From contig CAVVJT010000007.1 in assembly GCA_963748625.1 (NCBI GenBank), positions 1,248,001 through 1,312,000 of the forward strand: a DNA stretch of 64,000 nt, written 5' to 3'. Each line of letters starts with the position of its first letter. Within the stretch, counting starts at the first letter, position 1. The DNA is from an uncultured Chloroflexia bacterium (lineage in GTDB: Bacteria > Chloroflexota > Limnocylindria > Limnocylindrales > CSP1-4). This document shows, one piece after another, positions 49,702 to 60,189 of this stretch. Below the pieces are notes generated by a model. The model searched no databases, had not been told where the DNA came from, and saw only the letters and a list, made by a program, of their open reading frames with translations. The position numbers and the translations under genes were made by a program.

Positions 49702-50265
49702 ATGCCGACCCAGCCACGCCTGTCCCTCCCGGTCCTCGCCGGCGCCGCCATCGCCATCGGCCTGCTCGTCGTCGGCGGGATCCTGCTCCTCGGCCAGCTC
49801 GGCACCCCGGGTGCCAAACCCACCCCGTCGTCTCCGGTCGCGTTGACGGCCTCGCCCGCGGCCACCCCGTCCGACCCTGGATCGACACCCGAAGCCGCGG
49901 TCGGCGCGTTCTTCACCAGGCCTTCGCCGACGCCCGCCGCACCGGGGATCCGGCGCCGATCGAGGCCCTCACCACGGGGCCCGAAGTCGTCGGCCTACCT
50001 CACCGTCGCGGGCTTCCTCGAGGGCCAGACGGCCGCAGAGAAGGCGTCGATCGTGACCGTCCAGGAGTTCGGGGACCTCACGACTACGATCGAGGGCAGC
50101 ACCGCGATCGTCGTCTTCGACCTCACCGAGGGCGGCTACGACATCAGGCTCGCGGACGCCTCGCCGCTCGAGTCGCCGCAGGTCCTGCCCCCGAGCAGGG
50201 TCACCGTGCAGCTCGTCCAGGCCGATGGCCGATGGCTGGTCGACGCGTTCGAGGCGGCGCGGTGA
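49702..50265 (+). CDS. Membrane-anchored protein with NTF2-like extracellular domain (local frameshifts)
   Basis: N-terminal TM, Pro/Ser/Thr linker, PEAAV..FF, C-terminal VTVQLVQADGRWLV. Confidence 0.55.
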   Translation: MPTQPRLSLPVLAGAAIAIGLLVVGGILLLGQLGTPGAKPTPSSPVALTASPAATPSDPGSTPEAAVGAFFTRPSPTPAAPGIRRRSRPSPRGPKSSAYLTVAGFLEGQTAAEKASIVTVQEFGDLTTTIEGSTAIVVFDLTEGGYDIRLADASPLESPQVLPPSRVTVQLVQADGRWLVDAFEAAR

Positions 50266-51472
50266 AGCGCCTCGGGGATCGCTGTCGTCCTGGGCGCGGT
50301 CCTCGCGATCGCGCTCGCCGGAAACGCGTCAGCCTTCGACTCCGGTGTTGCGCGTCACCGTCGACACGTGGGAGGCGGGTGGCGGCCGGGCCTACGTGGG
50401 CGTCCAGGCGCAGGGCCGCTGGGCACGCCCGGGCACGCGGTCGTGCATCGCGCTACTACTCGGTCTGGGACCATCGGGCGACGATCCTCACGGATCCCGT
50501 GCGAGACCAGTGGTCGGTCAAGGTCCATCACGTGCACGGGCAGCACCGTCAATCCACTGAGCCCGACGATGGTGCTCACGAGCCGGACCACGCCCGGGAT
50601 CGGCGTCCGCCCGTCAACGTCGGGCGTGCTGAGCCTCGACCTCGGCGTCGCGGTCGATCCCGGAGACCGCGCCCGCCGGCAGGACCCGCACGATCACGGC
50701 CGCGCTCACCAGCGGCTGGCTCGGCGCCGTCGGGAACCACATCCGCGCGTCCGATCGTGCCCGGGTCGGTGCGGATCCGGCGCTGGACCGTGGACTTCGG
50801 CGACGGCACGACCAGCACGATCGCCCCGTCATCGACGAGCCCGCAACCACCTCTCGACCACGCACGCGTACGGCGCGGGCACGTTCACGGTCACGGTCAC
50901 CGCGCGGGTCACCGGGTCGCGCCTACGCCGCGTTCTTCGCCCCCAATGGCACGCCGTACGAGTCCACCGTCGGGATGGAGCCTCGACATCACCAACGCGG
51001 CCTCGGGTGTGTCGGGCCTGCCGGTCGAGTACGTCACCCCGGTCGCGACGGCGGCGGCGAGCCCGTCAGGGACCCTGCCCGACGGCACCACCGCCGCGGC
51101 CGACCCCGACGGACTCACCGAGATCTGGTGGCCGCGCGGGCTGCCGTGCGACCTGTTCGTGCGCGCGGTCATCGAGCGCGAGGGGTTCATGCGCTCGGGC
51201 GGCGTGGTCATCGGCGCAGGGCCGGACGCGCCTCGTCCGGTACCGCTACATCCGGGGCACCAACGACGCCCCGGACGCGACGCGCACCGGGCACGTACCG
51301 GGCCGCCGCGCCGATCCGGATCCAGTGGAACACGCCGCTGCCCGGGACCAGGTCCTACCCGGTCCGCCTCGAGCTCATCCTCGAGACCACCTACGACGAC
51401 GGCACCGTCCGGACCACCCGCGTGGCGGGCGAGGTCTCGGTGACCGTCGTCTACTCCGCGGCTGCCCAGTAA
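50262..51472 (+). CDS. Secreted beta-rich PKD-like protein (possible adhesin), multiply frameshifted
   Basis: Pieces across frames: signal-like N-terminus, WTVDFGDGTT, THAYGAGTFTVTVTARVTG, YPVRLELILETTYDDG. Confidence 0.6.
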
Positions 51473-51479
51473 GGAGGGG

Positions 51480-52183
51480 ATGCCCATGCGTGTCCGCCGG
51501 ACCGTCTACCTCGCCATCTTCGTCATCGCGAGCCTCGTCGCCGCCGGGCGCCTACTGGCTCGCCCAGCCCCGGACCGAGGTCGTCCGCGCCACCGTCGAC
51601 ATCCCCGTGCTCGACCCAGGTCACGGCCGACATGGTCGAGCTCGTGCGGGTCAGCCCGCTCGGGGTGCCGCCGAACGCCGCTCGGTCGCTCGATGCCGTC
51701 GTCGGGCAGCACGCCTCGCTGCCGATCCTCGCGGGGCAGGATGTCGACACCCGGGCGCTCGAGGCCATCCCGGGCTCGCAGGCGTTCGGGTTCGGGGCGC
51801 CGCTGGCACCGGGCGAGGTGGCATTCGCGCTCCCGGTGACCGCCGAGCAGGCGGTCGGCGGTGCGCTGACGGCCGGCTCCCACGTGGACGTGATCGCGGT
51901 GCCGAACGACGTCAGGCAGGCGGGCGTGACATCAACGGGGGATGCCCCGTCCACCGTCGCCCTCGGCCAGGGCCTGACGATCCTCGCCCTGCGGACGGAC
52001 GACGGCCGGGACCTCGCCGCGGGCGACCCGGAGGACACGACGAGCACGATCCCGCCGAAGCTCGCCTCCGTGGTCGTCGCGATCCCGGCGGCACGCCTGA
52101 CGGAGTTCGCGACCGCCGCGATGACCTCGACGTTCTACTTGGGACTGGAGACGGTGCCGCCACCGGTGGCGACGGTGCCCTGA
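51480..52183 (+). CDS. cpaB: CpaB/RcpC (SAF domain) pilus assembly protein, frameshifted
   Basis: N-terminal TM, EVVRATVDIP, LDAVVGQHA..PILAGQ, VAFALPV..AVGGALTAGSHVDVI. Confidence 0.8.
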
Positions 52184-52225
52184 GGCGATCTCGTCGTCAA
52201 GTGGGCCGACGTACCCAACCGGTGC

Positions 52226-53243
52226 TCAGGGTCGATCCGGAACGCCGACCGCCGATAAGCGGAAGTCGAGTTCGTCAAGGTCGCGAACAGCGCGAGCGAG
52301 CGACGCCCGGGCGAAGAACGGAATGTCGTGCGGCACGCGCCCGTGTGCGGCATCCACGATGACGTAGACAACCTCGAGGGCCCCGGGAGCGGGCTTCGCA
52401 CTGGCATCGATCACCGCCCCGAGATACGGAGCGTCCGCCTGGACCAGGTCCCGGAACCGCTCGCGGACCTTCACCTCGTGGCGCAAGCCCTCAGCCGAGG
52501 TCACACCCTGCGTGAACAGGTACGAGAGCTCCTGGGAGCCGATGCCCCGCTTGACATGGATCAGCTTGTCCGGCGCCACGAAGACATCACAGAGCTCGAA
52601 GCGGCCGCGCTCTGTCCCCACCTGGGCCAGCTTCTTGTCGAGCAGCACACCGCCGAGCGCCGCGGCAAGGTCCGCGTTGTAGAGGTCCTCGGGCATCGCG
52701 ACCCGTGCGGGCGTGGGAATGGCCAGCGTCGGCGGCCGTACTCGCCGCGCCGCGGAGTCGACGCTTGCCAGGTACTCGCCGCTGACCTTGAACCAACGGC
52801 CCTCGGAGAGCACGTACGCGTCGTCGCCGTCCTGCAACTCCCAGACCAGCCAGCGGTAGATCGGCCAGCGGTCGAGCGCACGCATGGAGTTGCGGTCGAC
52901 CACACGCAGGTCGTCGGCCATGAGGTCGTCGAGAGTGGGGTCCGGACGGAGCAGCCGGTAGTCGTCGAGGCTCGCCTCCTCGCGCCGGATGGTGCTCGCC
53001 TCGCCGCCAAAGCGGAACGCGGCCACCGTCTCCCAGTCGAGGATCCCCGGCGGCGCGAAGTAGGCTCCGCCAGCATCGGGGTCCTGCAGCACCCGGACCA
53101 GCTGCGCGTCGAGCCGCCGCGCCAGCGGCGAGCCCTTGGGCTCGGCCTGGAGGCGCTCCAGCGTCGGGAACCCGTCGAGGAAGTCACGCCCGGCGTAGTC
53201 GGCCAGGAGCTGCCTTCCCAGGCGGTCAAGGTCACGCAGGTCA
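52226..53243 (-). CDS. DUF6119/TIGR04141-like protein, C-terminal part only (cut by the junction)
   Basis: YVLSEGRWFKV..YL, EDLYN, LLDKK, FELCDV, LIHVKR..SQELSYLFTQG, IPFFARASL. Confidence 0.8.
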
Positions 53244-54225
53244 TTGAACTTGATGGCGGTGCGCGGGTGCTGGTTGAGCAGGCCGGTGATCAGGTAGGGC
53301 AGGTCGAAGCCCCAGCCGAGTTTGGCGCGCATCGGCTCGATGTGGTTCTGGACGCAGCGCAGCACCGGGCGCAGCTGGTACTTCGGGTTGTGCAGAAAGC
53401 CGATGAGCAGTTCCATGGGGCAGTTGCCCGCGCCGCGGCCGAGGCCGGCCATGGTGGCGTCGACCATGTTCGCGCCCAGCACGATGGCCTCGATGGTGTT
53501 GGCGAAGGCGAGCTGCAGGTTGTTGTGCGCGTGGATGCCGACCTCCTTGCCGGCGGGCTTGCAGTAGCTGCAGGTATTTCTTGACCGAGGTAGCGGATCT
53601 GCTCGCTGTAGAAGCGCGCCGAAGCTGTCCACCAGGTAGATGGCCTTGGTCTCCGACTTCGCGAGCAGGGCCAGGGCCTCGTCCAGTTCGCGCTCTGGCA
53701 CCGTCGAGACGGCCATCAGGTTGACGGTGGTCTCGTAGCCCTTGTCGTGGGCGTCCTTGACCATGTCCAGCGCGATGCGGGATCTGGTGGATGTAGCAGG
53801 CCACGCGGATCAGGTCGACGACGCTCTCCTTCTTGGGCAGGATGTCCTCGCGGTAATCGCATCGTCTCGGCGTCGGCCATGACCGCCAGTCTTCAGGTCC
53901 GGTCGGGTTGTCGCCCACGATGCGGCGGATGTCGTCCTCGTGCGCAGTATTTCCAGGCGCCGTACTCGCCCGGCCGATGATGTCTCTTGCGGGAGGCCTT
54001 GTAGCCGATCTCCATGTAGTCGATGCCGGCGGCCACGCAGGCGTCGTAGACGGCCCTGACGATGCCGTCGTCGAACTGGTGGTTGTTCATCAGGCCGCCG
54101 TCGCGGATGGTGCAGTCCAGGACCTTGATTTCCGGCCGATACGAAATCCACCGGCTGGTGGCGGATTCCTTTTCCGGTGTCGCTTTCTTCGCCTTGGCGG
54201 CGGACTCGGGCTGGCGGTTGGGCAT
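53244..54225 (-). CDS. HMGL-like aldolase (DRE-TIM family), frameshifted and 3'-truncated at the junction
   Basis: VLDCTIRDGG, YMEIGYK, YLVDSFG, GIHAHNNLQLAFANT, GLGRGAGNCPME, LNQHPR. Confidence 0.88.
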
Positions 54226-54400
54226 GCCAGCTGCCTAAACCGAAACGAGGAACAATGCAATGCCGGATTGCGCCCCCGAGCTTCGCCAGCTCCATTTGCG
54301 AATAAACGGATCTGACCCCTCGGGCGGGACAACTCTTGCCGAAGGACGCCATGGGGGTGCAGGATGTGTCCTCGGAACGACGCATATCCACGCGCTTTTT

Positions 54401-56194
54401 ATGCCGAACCTGCCACGACTGATGATGCCTGCAATGCTGATGATCTCCATGGTGGAGCTGACCCACGGCGCCGACGCGGTCGACGTGGCGCAGGCACAAG
54501 CCGACGCCTGGCGCGCGGGTCATCGATTGATCGATCTGCACCAACACGTCAACCTTTCGCCCGAGCACGTGGAACGCGCGGTCAGGATCATGGACCGCGC
54601 CGGCATCGGCCTGGCCGTCAACCTCGGCAGCGGCACGGTCACTCGCGCGAGCGACGGCGCCCCTTCCGAGTTCGAACGCGGCAAAGCCCTGACGGATCGC
54701 CTGCACCCCGGGCGCTTTCTCCATTACCTGACGCTGGATTATGAAGGCTGGGACACGCCGGATTGGTCGCAACGCGCAGTGCGACAGATCGAGGAGGGAC
54801 ATCGCCTCGGGGCGGCGGGCCTGAAGGAATTCAAGCGACTCGGCTTATCATTGCGCGACGGGGCCGGTCAGTTGATCCGGGTGGACGATCCGAAGCTTGA
54901 TCCCGTGTGGGCGCGCTGCGGCGAACTGAATCTGCCGGTTTCCATTCATGTGGCGGATCCGAAGGCGTTCTGGGAACCCTACGACGAATCCAATGAACGC
55001 TGGAACGAGCTCCGGGATCATAAGAACTGGTGGTTTGGCGATCCCGCGGTTCATCCGGCGCGGCTGGATCTACTGCAGGCCTTGAACCGGGTCATCGAGC
55101 GCCATCCGAAGACCACCTTCGTCTCTGTCCATTTCGCGAATAACGCGGAGGACCTCGAGTGGGTGGAAGCGTCGCTCGACCGTTATCCCAACCTGATGGC
55201 CGATCTTGCCGCCCGGATCCCCGAGATCGGCCGGCACGATCCCGCGGCGGTGCGCCGCCTGTTCATGAAGCATCAGGACCGGATCCTGTTCGGCACCGAT
55301 TTCATGGTCTACGACCGCCTGATCCTGGGTTCGAGCGGCAATGAACCGCCGCCCACGGACGACGATGCCCAAGTGTTCTTTGATAAACACTGGCGCTGGC
55401 TCGAAACCAACGACCGCGACTGGCCCCATATGACCCCCATCCAGGGCGACTGGACCATCAGCGGCATCGGCCTCCCCGCCACTGTTCTGCGCAAGATCTA
55501 TTTCGATAACGCGCGACAGTTGCTCGCCCGGTCCCTGCCCTTGCCGACGTTCCGCGCAGCCCGGATCGAGCGGGATTTCGCGCCTGCCGGCGCCATGACC
55601 GAACCCGAATGGCAATCCGCCGAGCCGGTTTGGATCGAATGCGCCACGCAGGACGGAAGGGCGCGACCCGCGTTGTCGACGAGCGTCCGCGCCCTATGGT
55701 CGGAGCGTTACCTCTACCTGGGGTTCATCGCGCCATACACCACGTTGACCGTGTTCGAACCGCCGCTGACGGCAGGGAAACGTTTCGGCGACAAACCGGG
55801 AGAGAGCCTGTGGGATCGTGATGTGGTCGAAGCCTTCATTAACGCCGACCCGTCAGACCTCCGCCATTACACGGAATACCAGGTGGCCCCCACCAACGAA
55901 CGGCTCGACCTGCGGTTGCGCCTGCCCGACCGGGATTTCGAATGGCAAAGCGGCTTCGAGTCCGCCGTCGACCTCGACGAGCCGGCCAAGGTCTGGCGCT
56001 GCGTCATGCGCATTCCCATGTCCGCCCTCAGCCTCACCGGTCCGCAAGCGGGAACGCGTTGGCGACTGAACCTCTTCCGGTGTGACCGCGCCCATAACGC
56101 GTTTCTCACCTGGAACCCGACCCTGAGCGCGACCTTTCACACGCCGGAGAAATTCGGCGTGCTCGAGTTTGTGGCGGCGGTGCCGCGCCGTTGA
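54401..56194 (+). CDS. Amidohydrolase_2 fused to a C-terminal CBM9/DOMON-like domain (start uncertain)
   Basis: IDLHQH, PVSIHVADP, RILFGTDF; C-terminal RALWSERYLYL, LWDRDVVEAFI, YTEYQVAP, WRLNLFR. Confidence 0.85.
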   Translation: MPNLPRLMMPAMLMISMVELTHGADAVDVAQAQADAWRAGHRLIDLHQHVNLSPEHVERAVRIMDRAGIGLAVNLGSGTVTRASDGAPSEFERGKALTDRLHPGRFLHYLTLDYEGWDTPDWSQRAVRQIEEGHRLGAAGLKEFKRLGLSLRDGAGQLIRVDDPKLDPVWARCGELNLPVSIHVADPKAFWEPYDESNERWNELRDHKNWWFGDPAVHPARLDLLQALNRVIERHPKTTFVSVHFANNAEDLEWVEASLDRYPNLMADLAARIPEIGRHDPAAVRRLFMKHQDRILFGTDFMVYDRLILGSSGNEPPPTDDDAQVFFDKHWRWLETNDRDWPHMTPIQGDWTISGIGLPATVLRKIYFDNARQLLARSLPLPTFRAARIERDFAPAGAMTEPEWQSAEPVWIECATQDGRARPALSTSVRALWSERYLYLGFIAPYTTLTVFEPPLTAGKRFGDKPGESLWDRDVVEAFINADPSDLRHYTEYQVAPTNERLDLRLRLPDRDFEWQSGFESAVDLDEPAKVWRCVMRIPMSALSLTGPQAGTRWRLNLFRCDRAHNAFLTWNPTLSATFHTPEKFGVLEFVAAVPRR

Positions 56195-56247
56195 TTACGC
56201 CGCTTTTCGTTCGGTCCACGTCATCGTGCACGGAATTCGACACGGAA

Positions 56248-56264
56248 GTTACAAAGCGGTAACA
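56248..56264 (+). promoter_or_regulatory. OmpR/PhoB-type direct-repeat box
   Basis: GTTACA-N5-GTAACA (11-bp period) ~35 bp upstream of the ATG at 56298. Confidence 0.6.
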
Positions 56265-56297
56265 ACTCGTGCGGAGCGTTTTGGGATTCTGCCACCC

Positions 56298-57914
56298 ATG
56301 AACAGGACCTTACCAGCCATGAAAACAATGCTGTCCATCGCCGGGGTTCTGGTGACCCTGGTCGCCGCGCAGCCCCAGGGCTTTGGGGGAGGTGCCCCCG
56401 CCCCGAGCGTCACCGCTCAACAACCCGGCGCACCTGCCCCGCCCGCGGCTGGCGGTTCCTACGCCACCGGATTGCTCCGCGAGGAAGGTGAAAATGATCT
56501 CCTCGCCGCCGCCGCCGCGTATCGCCAGGCCATCCAGGCCTTCGATCGCCAACGCGCCGAAGCCGCCAACGCCATCTTCCGGCTCGGCGAGGTCTACCGC
56601 AAGCTCGGCCGAATGGAGGAAGCCAAGGTTCAATACGCGCGGATTCTGCGTGAGTTTCCCGACATGGTCCGGTTGACGGAGATCAGCCATAGCTTGTTGT
56701 TCAGTGACGAGCCGAAATCCGTGGAATCGACTGGCGGTGGTTTCGGCAGCAGTGGCGGCGGGACGCCGGGGGTCGGCACGGGGGCGCAGATCGAGGTTTC
56801 CTCCAACCAGGTTGATTGGATTCCCCTGAACCAGGTGACCAATCTGGACGGAATGGTACTGCGGATGCAACGGCCGAAGTCGCCCTCCAGGGAATCAGGT
56901 GAAATCGGGACGACGGGTGGCGGCGATCCCGCTCACCCCGCGTATTACGAACGACTCATGATGCAACGTTACGGGATTGTGCCGGGGCGAATACCGGCAC
57001 CCGCGCAGCCGACGGGGAGCCCCACGGTTCCCGAGGCGATGGGAGACAAGGCGAAGCGGACCGCGTGTGTCAGCAATCTCAGGCAGCTCAGTTTGGCCGC
57101 GCGCGCCTACGCGACGGACCACGAAGGTGTCTTTCCGTCCAGGATCGGTCTGATGAGCAACGAGATCTCAGAGACGAAGGTGTTGGTATGTCCCTCGGAA
57201 TCGAGCCATCAACCGGCAGAATCGTGGGATGCATTCGACCCGGCTCTTCACCTGACCTACCAATATCTCGGGGCCTCGGCCCGGGAAGACGATCCGCAAC
57301 GGGTGCTCTTTCGTTGTCCGATTCATGGGAACGTCGCGCTGGGGGACGGCAGTGTGCAACTGGGACGGGGTGAGTCGTCGTCGGTCACACCCCAGCTCGA
57401 TGAGATCCTAAGGCGACGGTACGGGCTGGTGGGCGAACTGCGGACCACGGGCACGCCGGGGGCCAACGCAACTCAACCGGCAACCCTCACGATCGCCATA
57501 AATCGAGACGGCAATCTCACGGTGAATGGCGGGCCGATGGATCTGGCTGGAGTGACCCAGCTCATCCAACAGATGCCGGACGAAATGCGGGCCAATACAA
57601 TCATTGAGTTGCAAGCCGAACCGGAAACCGATTTCAGTCGTATTGGCGCTGTATTGGACGTCTGCCAGGAGGTTGGTGTTACGCACATAAAGCTGGGGAC
57701 TGAACCCAGCGCGGCAATTCGCCGGGAAATCGAGCGGTTGAAGGGCGAGGCCGTATCGCACTCCCAAGATGGGACAAAAACGGCGTTGGATATTCTGCGG
57801 CTAGAAGCGGAAGCGGAGGACCAGCAGAGCAAGTTCCGCACGGCCGTTGATCGCATGAAGCAGATGCAATCATCGCTGAGCCCGGCTCCGGATGCGACGC
57901 GGGGAGAACGGTAA
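56298..57914 (+). CDS. Secreted mosaic protein: TPR + prepilin-associated (DUF1559/H-X9-DG-like) domain + ExbD-like domain
   Basis: AIFRLGEVYRKLGRMEEAKVQYARILREFPD; CVSNLRQLSLAARAYATDH..CPS..CPIHGNVALGDGSV; LTIAINRDG..FSRIGAVLDVCQEVGVTHIKL. Confidence 0.7.
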   Translation: MNRTLPAMKTMLSIAGVLVTLVAAQPQGFGGGAPAPSVTAQQPGAPAPPAAGGSYATGLLREEGENDLLAAAAAYRQAIQAFDRQRAEAANAIFRLGEVYRKLGRMEEAKVQYARILREFPDMVRLTEISHSLLFSDEPKSVESTGGGFGSSGGGTPGVGTGAQIEVSSNQVDWIPLNQVTNLDGMVLRMQRPKSPSRESGEIGTTGGGDPAHPAYYERLMMQRYGIVPGRIPAPAQPTGSPTVPEAMGDKAKRTACVSNLRQLSLAARAYATDHEGVFPSRIGLMSNEISETKVLVCPSESSHQPAESWDAFDPALHLTYQYLGASAREDDPQRVLFRCPIHGNVALGDGSVQLGRGESSSVTPQLDEILRRRYGLVGELRTTGTPGANATQPATLTIAINRDGNLTVNGGPMDLAGVTQLIQQMPDEMRANTIIELQAEPETDFSRIGAVLDVCQEVGVTHIKLGTEPSAAIRREIERLKGEAVSHSQDGTKTALDILRLEAEAEDQQSKFRTAVDRMKQMQSSLSPAPDATRGER

Positions 57915-58014
57915 AAGATCTGGGGTAAAAGATGGGGTGTGGCAAGACTTCGGATCGCATGCCCTCGTTTGAGCTACGGTGGGTAAGATGGTCGCTCGAA
58001 TGGGTCCAACCGCG

Positions 58015-58042
58015 GTTTAGGACAAAGTTTAAGACAAAGTTT
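58015..58042. repeat. Short 12-bp tandem repeat
   Basis: gtttaggacaaa-gtttaagacaaa-gttt. Confidence 0.5.
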
Positions 58043-58062
58043 CCGGCCCGACGCAGTCTACT

Positions 58063-60189
58063 ATGATGACGCGCAAGCCAATGCCGTCGCCCGCACCGTC
58101 GCGACCGCGCTTTCTCTGGCGCGGCTTGTTGATCGTGCTTCCCGCCCTCGCCATGGCGGCGTTCGGGTTCGTGTCGTTGCGCCAGGATCGGTTGCTGGTT
58201 CGACACCAGGCGGCGGAACAGGCCGAGAAGATTGCGGAGGAACTGGTCCAGTCGATCCTCCCGGCGGGCTTCACTCTGAATCTGCAGATGCCCGACCCGC
58301 CGGCTCCTCCGATCCTCTCGCCGCAAAACGATCCGGTTCTCGGCGCCGCGATCCATGGGATCATCGCGATGCTGTTCGACGAGACCGGCCAACTCGTCTT
58401 TCCACAGCCCCCGCACTGGCCGTTGCCCGAACCGCTTGAACTCGACCGGCTCGATCCGGAACAGTTGGAGTTGTGGACGACGGCGCGCCGCGAACTCTTT
58501 GCGAACGGCGACCCGGCGGTGGCCAGGCTGCAGTTCGAAGCATTCCTCGAGCGCCGGCCACCCGAACGCTTCGAGGCGCTGGCCCGCTTTCATCTGTTCG
58601 AGTTGGCCTTGCGCGCGGGGCAGCGGGATCCAGCGACCGAACACCTGGACCAGATCCGTCAGAAGTTTGGGCAAATCAAAGCCGAGTCCGGTTTGTCCTT
58701 GCGCCTCCTGGCGGAATGGCGCGCGCTGCGCCTGATGGATGCCCAGTCCACGCCCTCCGCCGATTCCGAGCAACATCTGAGATGGCTCTGCGAGCAGGCG
58801 CTGCTCGATCCCGGTCCGGTCTCGGAGTCGATCTTCGAGTAGGTTCGACAGTTCGGGAATCAAGCACTGCAAGCCGGCATCAGCACGAGTCGAACCAATC
58901 GCCGCCGCCTGCGGCTCATGGATGAGATTGCACGGCATGGCGCGCGCATGGACGAATTACTGGGATGCCCACCAGCAAGCCCGTGGGCTCTTCGAACTCT
59001 TGCGTGGGGCGTGGTTCGATTTGCCCGCGGACGACCGTGGTCCGACACCGGCTGGGTCAAGTTCAACGGCCGCGACTTCCTGATTCTGCGCCAGCCATCC
59101 GCCACCGGCACCTGGTGGCTGGCCTGGCCGGAGGAAGCCTTGCGCAGGCAGGTGCGCGTGGCACTCGAAGCGGTCGCCCTTCCGGCGGAGTTCGCCTGCG
59201 GGATCGACGTGGGCGGCCGAAAGATGGCTTCGTCCGGTCCGGCGCAAACCCGGCTCGCGTCCCGCACGGTTCCGCTCGATGACGGCCTCGAGCTGACGGC
59301 GACGATCTGGCTTTTCGATCCGGATCTGCTCTACGCGCGGCAGCGCAAGCGCACGTGGTGGTTTGGCACATTGATCGCCGTGTCGGTGGCGTCGGTGCTT
59401 GGCGGTGCGCTGGCGGCGTGGCGCGGATTCAGCGAGCAACAACGGCTGACCGAACTGAAGAGCAATTTTGTTTCGAGCGTATCCCACGAGATGCGGGCGC
59501 CGATCGCCTCGGTCCGGCTCATGGCGGAAGAACTGGTGGACCGCGGCCCGGCTGATCCGGCGAAAGCCGGCGAGTATCATGGCTACATTCTGCAGGAATG
59601 CCGCCGGCTCTCGGCCTTGATCGAGAACGTCCTCGATTTCTCGCGGCACGAGCAGGGCCGCAAACAATACCGGTTCGAACCGGCGGACTTGGGACGAATC
59701 GTGGAGGAGACGATCCACGTCATGCGCAGTTATGCGGTGGACCGTCAGGTCACGCTCGAACACCGGGTCGAGGGTGTGCCGTTCGAGCTCGTGCTGGATG
59801 CCGCCGCGATCCAGCAGGTGCTCGTTAACCTGATTGACAACGCGATCAAACATTCCCCGGCCGGGGCTTCGGTGGAGGTCGCGCTGGCCTATCCTGAAAC
59901 CGCACCCGCGTCGATCCCGGCTGCACAATCTAACGGCACGCCGCCGGTCCGGCTCACGGTGCGTGACCATGGCCCGGGCATTCCCGAAGCGGAACAGCGG
60001 TTGATCTTCCAACGGTTTTATCGGCGCGGCACCGAGTTGCGCCGGGAGACCCAGGGCATCGGGTTGGGCCTGGCCATTGTGCAATACATCGCGGAAGCGC
60101 ACGGCGGCAGCGTCCGGGTCGAAAGCCAGCCGGGAAACGGCAGCCAGTTCATCGTGGAACTGCCGACGGCGGGAAGGGACCAGTCATGA
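58063..60189 (+). CDS. Sensor histidine kinase interrupted by one in-frame TAG (58840-58842)
   Basis: ORFs 58063 and 58918 share a frame; two TM helices; FVSSVSHEMRAP, NLIDNAIKHS, DHGPGI, GIGLGL. Confidence 0.88.

Larger units (their letters stand above)
26074..53243. mobile_element. Putative tRNA-integrated element (ICE-like); right end not seen
   Basis: att fragment, adjacent excisionase-like gene, defence cargo, transfer/pilus operon; no integrase, VirB4 or relaxase recognised in the window. Confidence 0.65.

Noticed and set aside
52226-53764. 512-aa ORF as a novel aldolase-nuclease fusion
   Set aside because: Both halves are truncated and the join coincides with a change in genome signature, so it is best explained as a chimera.
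57911-57938. ggtaaaagat direct repeat as a regulatory site
   Set aside because: Two copies only, at a gene 3' end; no supporting context.
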